From the human T2T-CHM13v2.0 reference genome, Homo sapiens, in assembly GCF_009914755.1 (NCBI RefSeq), contig NC_060928.1: a stretch of 64,000 bases of DNA; one strand, given 5' to 3'. Positions 1 through 17,933 of this stretch are shown here, piece after piece. A program made the translations under genes and the position numbers. Numbering within the stretch: position 1 is the stretch's first letter; the number at the start of each line of letters is the position of its first letter. Below the pieces are notes generated by a model. It was not told the DNA's origin. It was given only the letters and a program-made list of their open reading frames with translations, and did no database searches.

Positions 1-1714
<1,714 letters not shown>

Positions 1715-1777
1715 TATGATCCTAGTTGGTTATTTTGCCCGTTAACTGATGCAGTTTCTTCATAGCGTCAGTAGTCT

Positions 1778-2789
1778 TTACAATTTGGCATGTTTTTGCA
1801 GTGGCTGGTACTGGTTGTTCCTTTCCATGTTTAGTGCTTCCTTCAGGAGCTCTTGTAAGGCAGGCCTGGTGGTGACAAAATCTCTGCATTTGCTTGTCTG
1901 TAAAGGATTTTATTTCTCGTTCACTTATGAAGCTTAGTTTGGCTGGATATGAAATTCTGGGTTGAAAATACTTTTTTTAAAGAATGTTGAATATTGGCTC
2001 CCACTCTTTTCTGGCTTGTAGGATTTCTGCAGAGAGATCTGCTGTTAGTCTGATGGGCTTCCCTTTGTGGGTAACCCGACCTTTCTCTCTGGCTGCCCTT
2101 TCCTTCATTTCAATCTTGGTGGATCTGATGATTATGTGTCTTGGGGTTGCTCTTCTCGAGGAGTATCTTTGTGGTGTTCTCTGTATTTCCTGAATTTGAA
2201 TGTTGGTCTGCCTTGCTAGGTTGGGGAAGTTCTCCTGGATAATATCCTGAAGAGTGTTTTCTAACTTGGTTCTATTCTCCCCATCACTTTCAGGTACACC
2301 AATCAAACGTAGATTTGGTCTTTTCACATAGTCCCATATTTCTTGGAGGCTTGGTTCATTTCTTTTCACTCTTTTTTCTCTAATCTTGTCTTCTCGCTTT
2401 ATTTCATTAATTTGATCTTCAATCACTGATATCCTTTCTTCTGCTTGATTGAATCGGCTGTCGAAGCTTGTGTATACTTCACAAAATTCTCGTTCTGTGG
2501 TTTTTAGCTCCATCAGGTCATTTAAGCTCTTCTCTACACTGGTTATTCTAGCCATTAGTCTAACATTTTTTTCAAGGTTTTTAGCTTCCTTGTGATGGGT
2601 TAGAACATGCTCCTTTAGCTCGGAGAAGTTTGTTATTACCGACCTTCTGAAGCCTACTTCTGTCAATTCATCAAACTCATTCTCCATCCAGTTTTGTTCC
2701 CTTGCTGGTGAGGAGTTGTGATCCTTTGGAGGAGAAGAGGTGTTCTGGTTTTTGGAATTTTCAGCCTTTCTGCTATGGTTTCTCCCCAT
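1778..2789 (-). pseudogene. L1 ORF1p remnant (frameshifted)
   Basis: MGRNHSRKAENSKNQ...LQEIWDYVKRPNLRLIGVPE...ENFPNLARQ. The frame breaks near 1977; the canonical ORF1 stop is at 1778-1780. Confidence 0.92.
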
Positions 2790-3731
2790 CATTGTGGTTT
2801 TATCTACCTTTGGTCTTTGATGTTGGTGACCTACGGATGGGGTTTTGGTGTGGGTGTCCTTTTTGTTGATGTTGATGCTATTCCTTTCTGTTTGTTAGTT
2901 TTCCTTCTAACAGACAGGCCCCTCAGCTGCAGGTCTGTTGGAGTTTGCTGGAGGTCCACTCCAGGCCCTGTTTGCCTGGGCATCACCAGCAGAGGCTGCA
3001 GAACAGCAAATATTGCTGCCTGATCCTTCCTCTGGAAACATCGTCCCAGAGCACGAAGGTGTCTGCCTGTATGAGGTGTTTGTTGGCCCCTACTGGGAGG
3101 TGTCTCCCAGTCAGGCTACATGGGGGTCAGGGACCCACTTGAGGCAGTCTGTTCATTATCGGAGCTTGAATGCCGTACCGGGAGAACCACTGCTCTCTTC
3201 AGAGCTGTCAGGCACGTATGTTTAAATCTGGAGAAGCTGTCTGCTGCCTTTTGTTCAGATGTGCCCTTCCCCCAGAGGTGGAATCTAGAGAGGCAGTAGG
3301 CCTTGCTGAGCTGCAGTGGGCTCTGCCCAGTTCGAGCTTCCCTGCTGCTTTGTTTACACTGTGAGCATAGAACCACCTACTCTAGCCTCAGCAGTGGTGG
3401 ACACCCCTCCCCCAGCCAAGCTCCTGCATCCCAGGTCGATTTCAGAGTGCTGCGCTAGCAGTGAGCAAGGCCCCATGGGCGTGGGACCCGCTGAGCCAGG
3501 CACAGGAGAGAATCTCCTGGTCTGCTGGTTGTGAAGACTGTGGGAAAAGTGCAGTATTTGGGCAGGAGTGTACTGCTCCTTCAGGTACAGTCACTCATGG
3601 CTTCCTTTGGCTTGGAAAGGGAAGTCCCCCGACCCCTTGTGCTTCCCAGGTGAGGCAACACCCCGCCCTGCTTCGGCTTGCCCTCCGTGGGCTGCACCCA
3701 CTGTCCAGCAAGTCCCAGTGAGATGAACTAG

Positions 3732-4122
<391 letters not shown>

Positions 4123-5449
4123 ATATTTTCAGATCTCCCTCTCTTTGCCCTAAACCACTGTGCTTAATAAGTAGTTTTTAGTGGCCAGCAGTCTCCATGT
4201 ATAACACATTTTAGCAAAATGGAAAATACTATATGTTTTAAATTTGAACGTGAGATTATACTGAAATAAAAATCATCTAACTGGGATTCTTTAAATAGTA
4301 AGATTTTCTTTTTTGTATGTGGGTTTTTTTTTAACCTTATTATTATGACTGTCATATATAGAAATGGCTGTTTTTCAGTTACAGTCAGTGAATGTATCAA
4401 ATGCTGCCTTATCCAAATAATAAAAGTAAATTATTAATAAGTCACAATTTAATGAAGATTGATGTTAGTTGATCTTTATATTCTTGAAATCAGCCATATG
4501 GTTGTGTGTGTATGTATATATTTTTAAAGGTACATAAAGATAATAAGCTCATCTCTGAAAATTTTTACATTTGGCATAAGAATAACTGGATAATTAAGCA
4601 TCTTATTCTCTGGCCTGTGTCTTTACAGTTAAAGGTAGATTTACTCACCTCTCCTTTTTTGTTTTTCTAAGTTCATCTTTTTTGCTGTTTCAAGACAGAG
4701 GCCCATTTTAGCTTTCTCGCATATCCTTTTGTTTGTACTTTGGAAGCCTCACCTGCTTAATTGTTGAGTTTTTATCCGTGGTCTTTTAGAGGGGGATATG
4801 TAGGGTAGAAGCTTTCACAGGTTCTTGTTTGCACTTGGCCCCTGACTGTTTTGAGGAATCTCCCTCACTGACTCACAGCATGGCAAGGTTTCAGATCTCT
4901 TTCTGCCACACAGCAGTTCTGAGGCAGCTGGAAAGATATCCAGATGCTTAGATTGTCAGGCCAGGCTTGAGATATACAAACTATTGAGCCTTATCTGTGA
5001 CCTTGCTTAGGTGAAGGCATCAGAGCCCCTGCACCAACATGCATAGGCCTCTGCATGTGTGCGGGGCTGGGTGTTGAGGTCTGAGCACAAGTGTAGCTGG
5101 AGAGGTGAGCTTGATGTGGCGACGGGTATGAGCAGGTTTTCTTCAGACTTCTGTGAGTTTACCTAGTTCCAGGATTTAAAGGCACAGAGACTTTAGAATT
5201 AAAATAGAATCATTTTCTTTTTCTAAATAGCAACACTAGGAATAAAAAATAATAATTCCACATTCTTGACAGGTAATGTTTTTTCTTGTCTTCTAATCCT
5301 TATTTATTCCATACTCATTTTTATACATAATTGAAATGTATTATGCATTGGATTTTTCTTTTGCATTATATTATAGACGATTTTTCATGTAACTCCTTAC
5401 TGTTCCATTTTATATGTTTTGTCTGGTTTAAGACTTTATCTGCAAACCG

Positions 5450-5612
5450 GGAAACTGTCTCTACAAAAAGAAAAACAAAAATAGTTGGCCGCAGTGGCAT
5501 GCGTCTGTGGTCCCAGCTACTCGGGGCTGAGGTGGGAGGATTGCTTGAGCCTTGGGAGGTTGAGGCTGCAAAGAGCCATGATCATGCCATTGCACTCCAG
5601 CATGGGTGACAG
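5450..5612 (+). mobile_element. Partial Alu (right arm / FRAM-like)
   Basis: A-rich linker followed by gtcccagctactc...cactccagc. Confidence 0.8.
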
Positions 5613-5757
5613 ACTTTATACTGTCTGTTTTGGGTGATTTGATAATGATATGCCCTGATGTAGTTTTTTTATATCTTGTGTTTCTTGTGCCTGGGTTTAT
5701 TGAGGTTGGGTCTGTGGCTTCATAGTATTTTTAAAGTTTGGAAAATTTTAGGCCATT

Positions 5758-6068
5758 CTTTCTTTCTTTCTTTCTTTTTTTTTTTTTTGAGACAGTGTCT
5801 CGCTCTGTCGCCTGCGTTGGAGTGCAGTGACACTATCTTGGCTCACTGCAAGCTCTGCCTCCTGGGTTCACGCCATTCTCCTGCCTCAGCCTCCTGAGTA
5901 GCTGGGACTACAGGCGCCTGCCACCACGCCTGGCTAATTTTTTGTATTTTTAGTAGAGACGAGGTTTCACTGTGTTAGCCAGGATGGTCTCAATCTCCTG
6001 ACCTCGTGATCTGCCCGCCTGGGCCTCCCAAAGTGCTGGGATTACAGGCGTGAGCCACTGCACCCAGC
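5758..6068 (-). mobile_element. Alu (AluY/Sc-like)
   Basis: Full length; TSD taggccatt at 5749-5757 and 6069-6077. Confidence 0.93.
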
Positions 6069-6328
6069 TAGGCCATTATTTCTTCAAAGATTTTTTTTCT
6101 GCCCTGCCTCCCTCCTTTTTTCCCTCTCTTAAAGGGGCTGTGATTTCCTGAATGATTGCTTAGTGTTGTCCCATAGCTTACTGATGCTCTTTTCAGTGTT
6201 TGATTGTTTTATGTGTTTTCTGTTTTGTATAGTTTCTATTATTGTGTTTTCAAGTTCTCTGATCTTTTCTTCTACAGTGTCTACTCTGTTGTTAATCTGT
6301 TAATCTGTTGTTAATCCTGTCCAGCGTA

Positions 6329-6670
<342 letters not shown>

Positions 6671-8224
6671 TGATTTAGGTCTTTTAAAAATGTCTCCCTG
6701 TGTTTCTGTTTAGCTTTGTGAACACAATTGTAATAACTGTTTTAATATCCTTCTCTGCTAGTTCTAAGATCTTCTAATAACTTCCCAGTTCTTGGTGTTT
6801 CTCATTGGTTGATTGATACTCCTCGTTTTGGGTTGTATTTTCCTGCCTCTTTGTATGGCTGCCAATTTTTTATTGGATGCCCAACCTTGTGAATTTTACT
6901 TTGTTGGATGCTATATATTTTTGTGTTCCCATAGATCTTCTTGAGCTTTGTTCTGAGGTTAGTTGAGTTACATATAGATGGTTTACTCTTTTGGGTCTTG
7001 CTTTATAATTTGTCAGATGGGTTGGAGCAGTGCTTAGTTTAGGACTAATTTTTTTTTTGGACTAATTATTCCTCTTTAGGAATAATTAGGTACCATGCTT
7101 AGGAGGCAAGACCATCCTGAGTACTCTACCTAATGAACCAGAAAGTTTGGGTTTTCCAGTCCGCCTGCTGAGAACAGTGACTTTCTAGCCCTGTGTGAGC
7201 GCTGAGCTCTGCTCCTTCTAATCCTTTCCAATGCTTCTTTCCCTGGCCTCAGGGAGTTTTCTCACACACATATCTCTGCTGAGTACTCGAGAGGGACCTT
7301 CCCCAGATCTCCAGAGCTCTCTCTGTCTTGTTTTCTCTTCTCTGGTGCTCTGTCTTATGAACTGTGGCTGTCTTGGTCTCCTTAGATTCTCAGCACCTCT
7401 TCAATTCAGAGGGTTGCCTGTCCCTCCTCCTTGTGCCACAGCCTAGGAACTCTCTCAAAGCAGCGAGTTGGGGCAGCCATAGGGCTGACTTAGTCTCTCG
7501 TCTCCCAGGGATCACTGTCCTTCATTGCTCATGTCCAGTGTCTTGAGGACTCTGGGTTTTGTCTGTTTTGTTTTTTGGTTTGCTTTGGTTGTCTCAGGCA
7601 GGAGGGTAAACCCAGTCCCTCACCCTCATTGTGCTCAGTAGTGGAAGTCTCACTCTATTACATTAGATATTAGTATTTGTAGCAGAGCCCTGGTTCCCTG
7701 GTACTTGGGGAGCTCTTGAAAGGCCAGAAACAGCATGCTTTCTCACCTTTTCCAGGGCTTCAGTTTCTGGTGCACATCAAGCATTCCATACACATTTGTT
7801 AAAGTCCTTTGTTAGACAAGTAGTGATTCACAGGTTCTATTTGTAATTTTTTCAGTTAACATGTATTGGGTATCTGCTGGGAGCTAGTAAAAACAAAAAG
7901 TGGTGTGTGACAAATTCAATTCTGACAAGAACAACCTTAAACACTTAGAATATACTTTGAGCATATCAGAATTTTAAAAATGTGTGGCCCTTGAGTATTT
8001 GAAACCAACAAGAATCTATTGCTTATTAGTAGAGGATATTTTGTTAAACAAGTGGAGAGAGAGGCATTTTCAGTCTAATTGGTGTTGGCTTTTAGCAGCT
8101 GATGGAAACCAGTTCGTGATTAGCCAGGCAGTGGTGAAACAGGCTGTGCATTCTGAATGCCTAGGTATCTAGGCATTCAGAATGGTGGCGCTCTTTGAGT
8201 TAGCATCTTCTTCTTTCTTGATTC

Positions 8225-8528
<304 letters not shown>

Positions 8529-9071
8529 CCTTCTTGATTCTTGAAAAGGACATTGGGTGCTGTACATCTCGTTATAGATGTTGATAAAAATGCTTGTGAG
8601 AAGAGTAACATTAAGGTAGTTATTTGGTCATTTTTGCAGATTATTTTAAGACAATTCTAGGACTGATTTGTGGTAAATCACACATTGCTGTATCATAGTT
8701 GTGTTCACTGAACATATTCAGGGGCTCTACAGATGCAGGGCTCTTAGCTGCTTTGCACACTTCTGAATTCCTGCCCTGCGAACAGGACTGGATACCTAAT
8801 AGACAACAGGTACTTGATAACAGTTTATTGAATTAATGAGTGAATGAACAGATACATAAATGCATGAAAGAATGGTTGTAATGTATATAACTTGGATTTC
8901 AAGACTTTTTACTGACTGTTCAAAATAAGAAATTGAAAACTTTCCTCTGATTTTCCTCTACTATTTACACAATTTAAATGGAAGTTATCTTGTACCTTCA
9001 ATTTCTGTCTAGGATTCGTACAATAACGGGTCATCTCTGAGTCGCTTAATGTCTCACTTGTCTTTCTACAG

Positions 9072-9149
9072 TGTGTTGAAGAGATCCTAGGATACCTGAA
9101 ATCCTGCTTTAGTCGAGAACCAATGATGGCAACTGTTTGTGTTCAACAA
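9072..9149 (+). CDS. HTT: Huntingtin exon 30 (78 nt)
   Basis: ctacag|TGT...CAA|gtaaga; [26 protein letters not shown]; phase 0-0. Confidence 0.97.
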
Positions 9150-9659
9150 GTAAGAGCTTCATTCTTTTCCTCTTCTGTTAAGACGTTCGGGTATGACAGC
9201 AAAACGCTGCTACTCCTTAAGAGGCAGGCGCTGTTGGCATAATCAGCTGGGAGGATTGTGGGGTCCAGCGCAGCACTTTTTGGCTCAGTCCATGATTGAG
9301 CCAAGAGGCCATCCTTCCCTTCACTCCCCAGGAGGACGAGGTCTGTCACTGTGGAGGGCAGAGGACACCAGAAGCTCCTCTGCAACCTCGCTAGTTAACT
9401 TCCAGTCCCTCGGAGTTTCTGTTTAGAATGCTCAATCTCATTTAGAATTGCAAGGAAACCCAAAACGCCTATTTAAGGTACAAACAGCACTTCATACAAT
9501 ATCTCATGAGGTATTAATAGTGATTCACAGGAAGAATTTCACGCTGTGAGTCTTTGCTAACATATCCAGTTATTTACAGATGGATTTGATATTTGTGTGG
9601 GAGATTCTTAAAAGTGTTGTTCACGCCACATTGTTGATGCCTCATTTTTTTCACTGTAG

Positions 9660-9884
<225 letters not shown>

Positions 9885-10354
9885 TAACAGTTGTGGCAAG
9901 AATGCTGTCGTTGGTGGAAGCACGAAAGAGCAAGCAGGAAATACTTTGTAAAAGAATAAAAACGAAAAATGTTAGCGAACATCTTCTAATAGTCTGCTGT
10001 ATTCAGAGAACTCTAGGAGATATATATGGTTGATGCAAAGATGATTTAAGGCATAGCCCGGCCTTCCAAGAAGTGTGTGGCCAGTGAGTGAGATGGGCTT
10101 GGGACTTACACATCTCAGAGGTGGGGGTAGAGGAGGAGGAACACTGAGTGGGCTGAGAAGCAGCCAGCTCTCATTGCCAAAGTGTGTCAGCAAACCAGAA
10201 TGCAGTTCATAATGTCCCCACCCATTCAAAGCACAGGACCTGTAGAGTGGTGTGGCATGTGTTGGTGGCACTTTTCAGGCCTGTAACAAGGATGAAAGAA
10301 CAGCTTCATAGCAGCACAGTAGTGCTGGTGTTCAGAGGTGTGTGAAGGCCATAG

Positions 10355-10722
<368 letters not shown>

Positions 10723-11368
10723 TCTTTTCACTTAAATTTATGTTTGTGTTTTTAATGCCTAGTATACAGGACTTCTTAAATTGCCTTAAGTATGAACAGG
10801 TATTTGAGTTGCTAATCTGTATAGTAGCAATAATAGAATCCCTTGTTTTTCCTTTTATAAATTTAGCGATTAAATAGCTACAATTAAAACACTAGAGTCA
10901 GGAGTCAAGGAAAATACCCATGTTCCAGGCTGTATGTTAGTGATGTACTTACTATATATTGGAGTTTCAGGAGTAAGTCTGTTTCAATGCTTTCTGTAAC
11001 CATTTGGGGTATTAATAAGCATGTGAGTGTGTGCATGTTTGGGTTAATTTCATATATGTTTCTTAGAAGGGATATCATTGATGTAAATATTTTAAAGGCT
11101 TGTCCTCCAAAAAAATCATGTAATTTCTTCTAAATTACTGATCTTTTAAATGACCTTCACCTTTCTCTCAAATCTCACTTAAGACTGGGCTGAGTAGTCA
11201 GTTTCCTGTAGCAGAAAAAAGCTCAGACTTGAGTAGCCTTCTGCGAGTGAGGAGACTTGATGGCTGTCAGGCAGCTGTAAACTCTAAATAGAGTGTCATT
11301 ATCTGAAGAGGGCGATGCTGCCACACTGAGTGGCCTTTCAAGTTGTTTCTCAATCTGACACGTTCTGA

Positions 11369-11575
<207 letters not shown>

Positions 11576-11697
11576 TGAACTCAGGCGTGTCAGTGCTAGA
11601 GAGGAAACTGGAGCTGAGACTTTCCAGGTATTTTGCTTGAAGCTTTTAGTTGAAGGCTTACTTATGGATTCTTTCTTTCTTTTTTTCTTTTTTATAG

Positions 11698-12078
<381 letters not shown>

Positions 12079-12720
12079 TAACCTGGGGTTGGCTGTTAGG
12101 GATTTCCAAAGGTTTGTCCCATCCACTTGCCTCCCCTCCAAAATAAGTTTGAATTTAAATTGTGAGATACAATTAAGATTTATTGTTTGGGGAACATTTT
12201 TGCAAAATCTAGAGTTAGTTTAAACAGATTATCAATTATTACCATAATTGATCATCTGCAGTTTCAAGCTATCTAACAGGTTCACTTACCTCTTTAAAAA
12301 GGAATGGAATTTAGCAGGACAGTAACTGAGACCCGTGCTCCTGGAGTCCATGTGGGAGCTGTGTGGCTCTGCACAAGCATTTGCACGCTTCCCCTCTTGA
12401 CTGCATTACCTTCCTCCTATAGTTGCTGTGGGCACCAGATTCTGGCTAGTCCTGTCCCTTCATGATGCACATTTTCCTCAAGATTCGTCCCAGTTAAATC
12501 ACTGCAGATGAAACTGCCTTTTCATCGTCAAAATTTAACTGTCATTTTTGAGCCGTGATCTTGGGCTACTTTCTTATGTGGGGTAGGAATATTTGTGAGT
12601 TAGAAATATTACACTTCTCTATTTCCTTCTAGACGTAAATCTGTTAATCCTGTCAGCACTGTTACTCACCTGAAAGGGTCTGTTTCCCTAGGAGAACTGA
12701 GGGCACTCGGTCAACACTGA

Positions 12721-13078
<358 letters not shown>

Positions 13079-14083
13079 TGGGGTCTGCTTTTAATGAAGG
13101 AGGCATCAAGGGGTGGGCTTTGCGTTGGCCTGATGCTTTCATCTTTCTTTCACAAAACCTGTCCGAAGAAAATCCGTCTAAATGGGCCATTGCTCTCCTC
13201 AGGAAATAGTCATTGGGAACTTCTTTTCCTTTCCTTTGACACTAGGAGGCTGACTGGGGAGAAGCCCTGGTCTATGGCTGTGGGCAGCAGGGGCTGAGAG
13301 GAGCAGGCTCTCAGGGGGGCACGGGTACCCCAAGGGAAGCCAGAGCCCTGATTTGTTCCATTCTAGTAAGAACAAAGACTGCTCTGGTTTCATGTTTGTT
13401 CTGATTGCCTTTCATCAACCGGTCCCCTTTCTCCCAGTTCTTAAGATTCAGTACAGTGACAGTTTTATGAACAAGAATAGAACACTAGAACAGACAAACC
13501 ATTGAACTCTATGCTGATAAAGATTTATTGAGCTCCTGCTGTATGTTTGCATTCTGCCCAGAGGCTCTGAGAAAACCAGGCCATATGCTCCATGCTTTAT
13601 CCATGGAAGCTCCCCGTCAGGTTGGGAAAGCTGACAGCTGCAGGGAATACAGTGTGACACAAAACTGGCTCCCATGCAGCCCTTACGTGTCGCCTCTCAG
13701 ATGGTTGGGGGACGAAGGTCGACTCCTTTGGGTATCTTATTACTAAACCAGTTTCAGGGAATCTGTGCCACCCTATCTGCCATTAACGTGAACAGATGAG
13801 TCCCCAAGGTGTAATTTTGGGTATTGTCTGATGTCTCTTGGAATTTATTATTTGTTTTTCCAATGAGATTTCACCTCAGGGTATAGTAAAGTTGTTGAGG
13901 GGATTCCTGGATGTGTTCTGCAATTATCTAGGCTGATTTCAGAATAGAGTTATGCTTATAGTCAAATTTATCAGCTGTCAAGAATTTTATTTAAAATTTA
14001 TGCAGATAAGCAGGAGGAAAAGAAGCCTGGTTTTTACATTTTAATCCTATTATTGATGTGAAATTTTATTTTCCTTCCTGTAG

Positions 14084-14139
14084 GTGTTTATTGGCTTTGT
14101 ATTGAAACAGTTTGAATACATTGAAGTGGGCCAGTTCAG
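14084..14139 (+). CDS. HTT: Huntingtin exon 34 (56 nt)
   Basis: tgtag|GTG...AG|gtaata; VFIGFVLKQFEYIEVGQFR. Confidence 0.97.
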
Positions 14140-15029
14140 GTAATAGCATTTTATTATTTTAGATTTTTTTCTTCTTCTTGTGTACTTACATGTAATTTAG
14201 GTTATTAAGTGAATGTTTAAACTACTGTTAGGCATTTTTGCTGTTTTCTTTAAATGGAAATCTGACTAACATACTGTGCATTTTTGCTTCTCTTAAAAAT
14301 TAATGTATATCTCAAGACTTGTTTGGAAGTAGTTATGTATCTGAAAATTCCATATGTTGTCAGTATTCATTGCACATTTCAAAGCATTTAATTGTGTTGA
14401 CAGATGGTGGAATGAAATCTTGTGGTGGAGCACTAGTTTTTAAATCTTCTTAGAGAAAGCAGTTTTATATAAGGTTGTCTTTAGTAATTATTATGCATTT
14501 GTATTCTCTGCAGCTTTTTCTTGCTAGATGTTGAGGTTTTAATACTTCTTGCTAGTCCATTACAGGTTTATAATTATTAAAAGTTAAAATTCTTTTAGTA
14601 CCTAAAATGCTTAATAAACATTGTAATTAGGAAAATTTAGTGCAGAAGGAAAGTGTTCCCAGATTCCCTGGGGTCTGGAAACATAGTGTTTATTCTAATT
14701 ACATGACACCTCCACTGTGTTTTGGGGCAAGTTACTGTTTCTCTTTTGAGTTTCAATTTCTTCAAGAGCAAAGAGGCAGAGGAGAGCTAGGAAGATCGTA
14801 GCTGCTGTGCCCCTGTGCCGTCGGGTGCCTTCTACCTGCTGCCTCCGAACCTTTACACATGTCCCTGCTCTGCGCGAGGGCACAGATGGGATGCACTGTG
14901 GCAGGGGTGGGGTTAGAGTAGATCACGGACACCTGTTAGCTTGATGTGTGCTTGCTGTCAAGGTTGAATCATGAATTATTTTATGTTGCTTATATTGATA
15001 TGTATCTTAATTTTAAAAGAAAGGTCTAA

Positions 15030-15236
<207 letters not shown>

Positions 15237-16159
15237 TGATGTGCTTGGCAGTGTTCGTTTTCATATACCCACTTTGAACGTTGTCAGTGGCAGCCATGTG
15301 CTTCTCAGGCTCTGCATGTGTGTCTGTGTATGTGAAGGTACTGGTTAGAGACGTTTCAAAAGAGAAGAGAGCATATTCTTTACTCTCAGCAATTTGTAAT
15401 CTTCTCAGGGAAAAAAATTCAAGAAACAGTAAGATAACCTAAGGTACAGATAGATTCTGAATATAAAGTTCCTGTTCATTCACATGAAACGCTAAAAGTT
15501 CTTCACTTGATCTTAGCCAAAAGGCCAAGAAGCGATGCAACACTAAAAATTCTTAAATCGAACTTGCCGTGAATTAAATTTTGATCTCTCATCCAGTGGT
15601 ATTGGAGATATAGTTTGACTTGGGTTCAGGGCTTTCTGTTTTGCCTGATGATTTTGCTGGAGCTTAAATAAGGAACCCAGGAGATGGCCAGCTGTGCAAG
15701 CCCCCAGCCTGTGGAAGGAGCTAGTGTGGTTTTATGAATGAGTTGCAAATCTTTCTTTGAGCTTTTTGAACTGATCTTCCAGCATTGCCCTATTGACCCC
15801 TCCCTGACTCCTTTGCTGGAATCTGTAGGCTTTTGAACTTTGACAGGGACACATCCTAAGACCCTTGCAAACTCCCAGATGTGAGAATGGCACTACTACT
15901 TAGAGTCTTTTCGACTCAGCGTGTGTGCAGAAGAGCATCAACCGGGCTGTGTTGCGAGGCAGGGCCTTGGCTGACCTCTCAGTGTTTACATAGCTAAGCC
16001 AGTTAGTGTTTGCCACGGCCTCACAAGGGCTTCAGATTCACACAGCCAAAGTATAGATTATTAAAGGCATAGGTGTTTGGTTTCCTGGACTTGGAGGGTC
16101 TTTGGACAGAAAATCAGTAGGCAACCACACCCAGTACTTTGTGCTGGGAAGCTTGGTCA

Positions 16160-16700
16160 TCTGTGAGAGGGTCAGAGAGTATACCCATGCGTGCATGCCA
16201 CCGAAGGGTCAGTGAGTATTCCTGTGTGTGCATGTCTCAGGGCCGGAGAGAGTATGTGTCACTGAGAGGTCAGAGTGTTTGTGTGTGTGTCAAAGAGGGT
16301 TGCATTGTGCCCTTCACTGAGGGGTCAGAGGGTGCCTCGCGTGTGTGTGTGTGTACGTGTGTGTGTGTCACTGAGGGGTCAGAGTGTGCCTGTGTGTGTG
16401 CTTGTGTGTGCGTACATGTCACTGAGGGGTCAGAGTGTGCCTCTGTGTGTGTGCTCATGTGTGTGCATACGTGTCACTGAGGGGTCAGAGTGTGCCTCTG
16501 TGTGTGCTCATTTGTGAGCGTATGTGTCACTGAGGGGGTCAGAGTGTGCCTCTGTGTGTGTGCTCATGTGTGAGCGTATGTGTCACTGAGGGGGTCAGAG
16601 TGTGCCTCTGTGTGTGTGCTCATGTGTGAGCGTATGTGTCACTGAGGGGTCAGTGTTCCTATGTGCTCATGACATTGAGGGTCAGAGTGTGCCTGTGTGC
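16160..16700. repeat. TG-rich minisatellite, unit about 51-56 bp
   Basis: Recurring gtcactgaggggtcagagtgtgcctctgtgtgtgtgctcatgtgtgagcgtat; about 9 copies with degenerate edges. Confidence 0.92.
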
Positions 16701-17244
16701 CAATGAAAGGCATTTCTTATATTTTTTTATATGTGGTCATAGTAGACCAGTTAATTTATTTTGACTCCTGTGTTAGACCAAAATAAGACTTGGGGGAAAG
16801 TCCCTTATCTATCTAATGACAGAGTGAGTTTACTTAAAAAAGCATAATAATCCAGTGGCTTTGACTAAATGTATTATGTGGAAGTCTTTATTGTCTTTTC
16901 AGATGAATCAAGTAGATTATTCTTGAGACCAGGAATGTTGCTGTTTTGGTTATTTGGAAAGTTTTATCATTTTCAAATTGACTTTTGAATTTGAGTCACC
17001 TTTTTTCAGAAGTGGTGTTAAATTATAGGAGCCCTAGGTTTTTTTTCTTTTTTTAGAAGTCATCACAAAATGATCAGTGTTCAGAGGAAGAGCTTTGACC
17101 TTCCACATGGTATAATGATTGATAACCTTAATTCATCTCTTACCATAAACCAAGTATGTGTAAGGGTTTTCTTTATTTCTTGAAAGCATTTTGTAGATGT
17201 TGAGAGCAGTTTTCCAAATGTAATTTCCATGAAATGCCTGATAA

Positions 17245-17933
<689 letters not shown>

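Noticed and set aside
16160-16700. Repeat-spacer look reminiscent of a CRISPR array
   Set aside because: The intervening segments are near-identical TG-rich copies, the DNA is human and there are no cas genes; it is a minisatellite.
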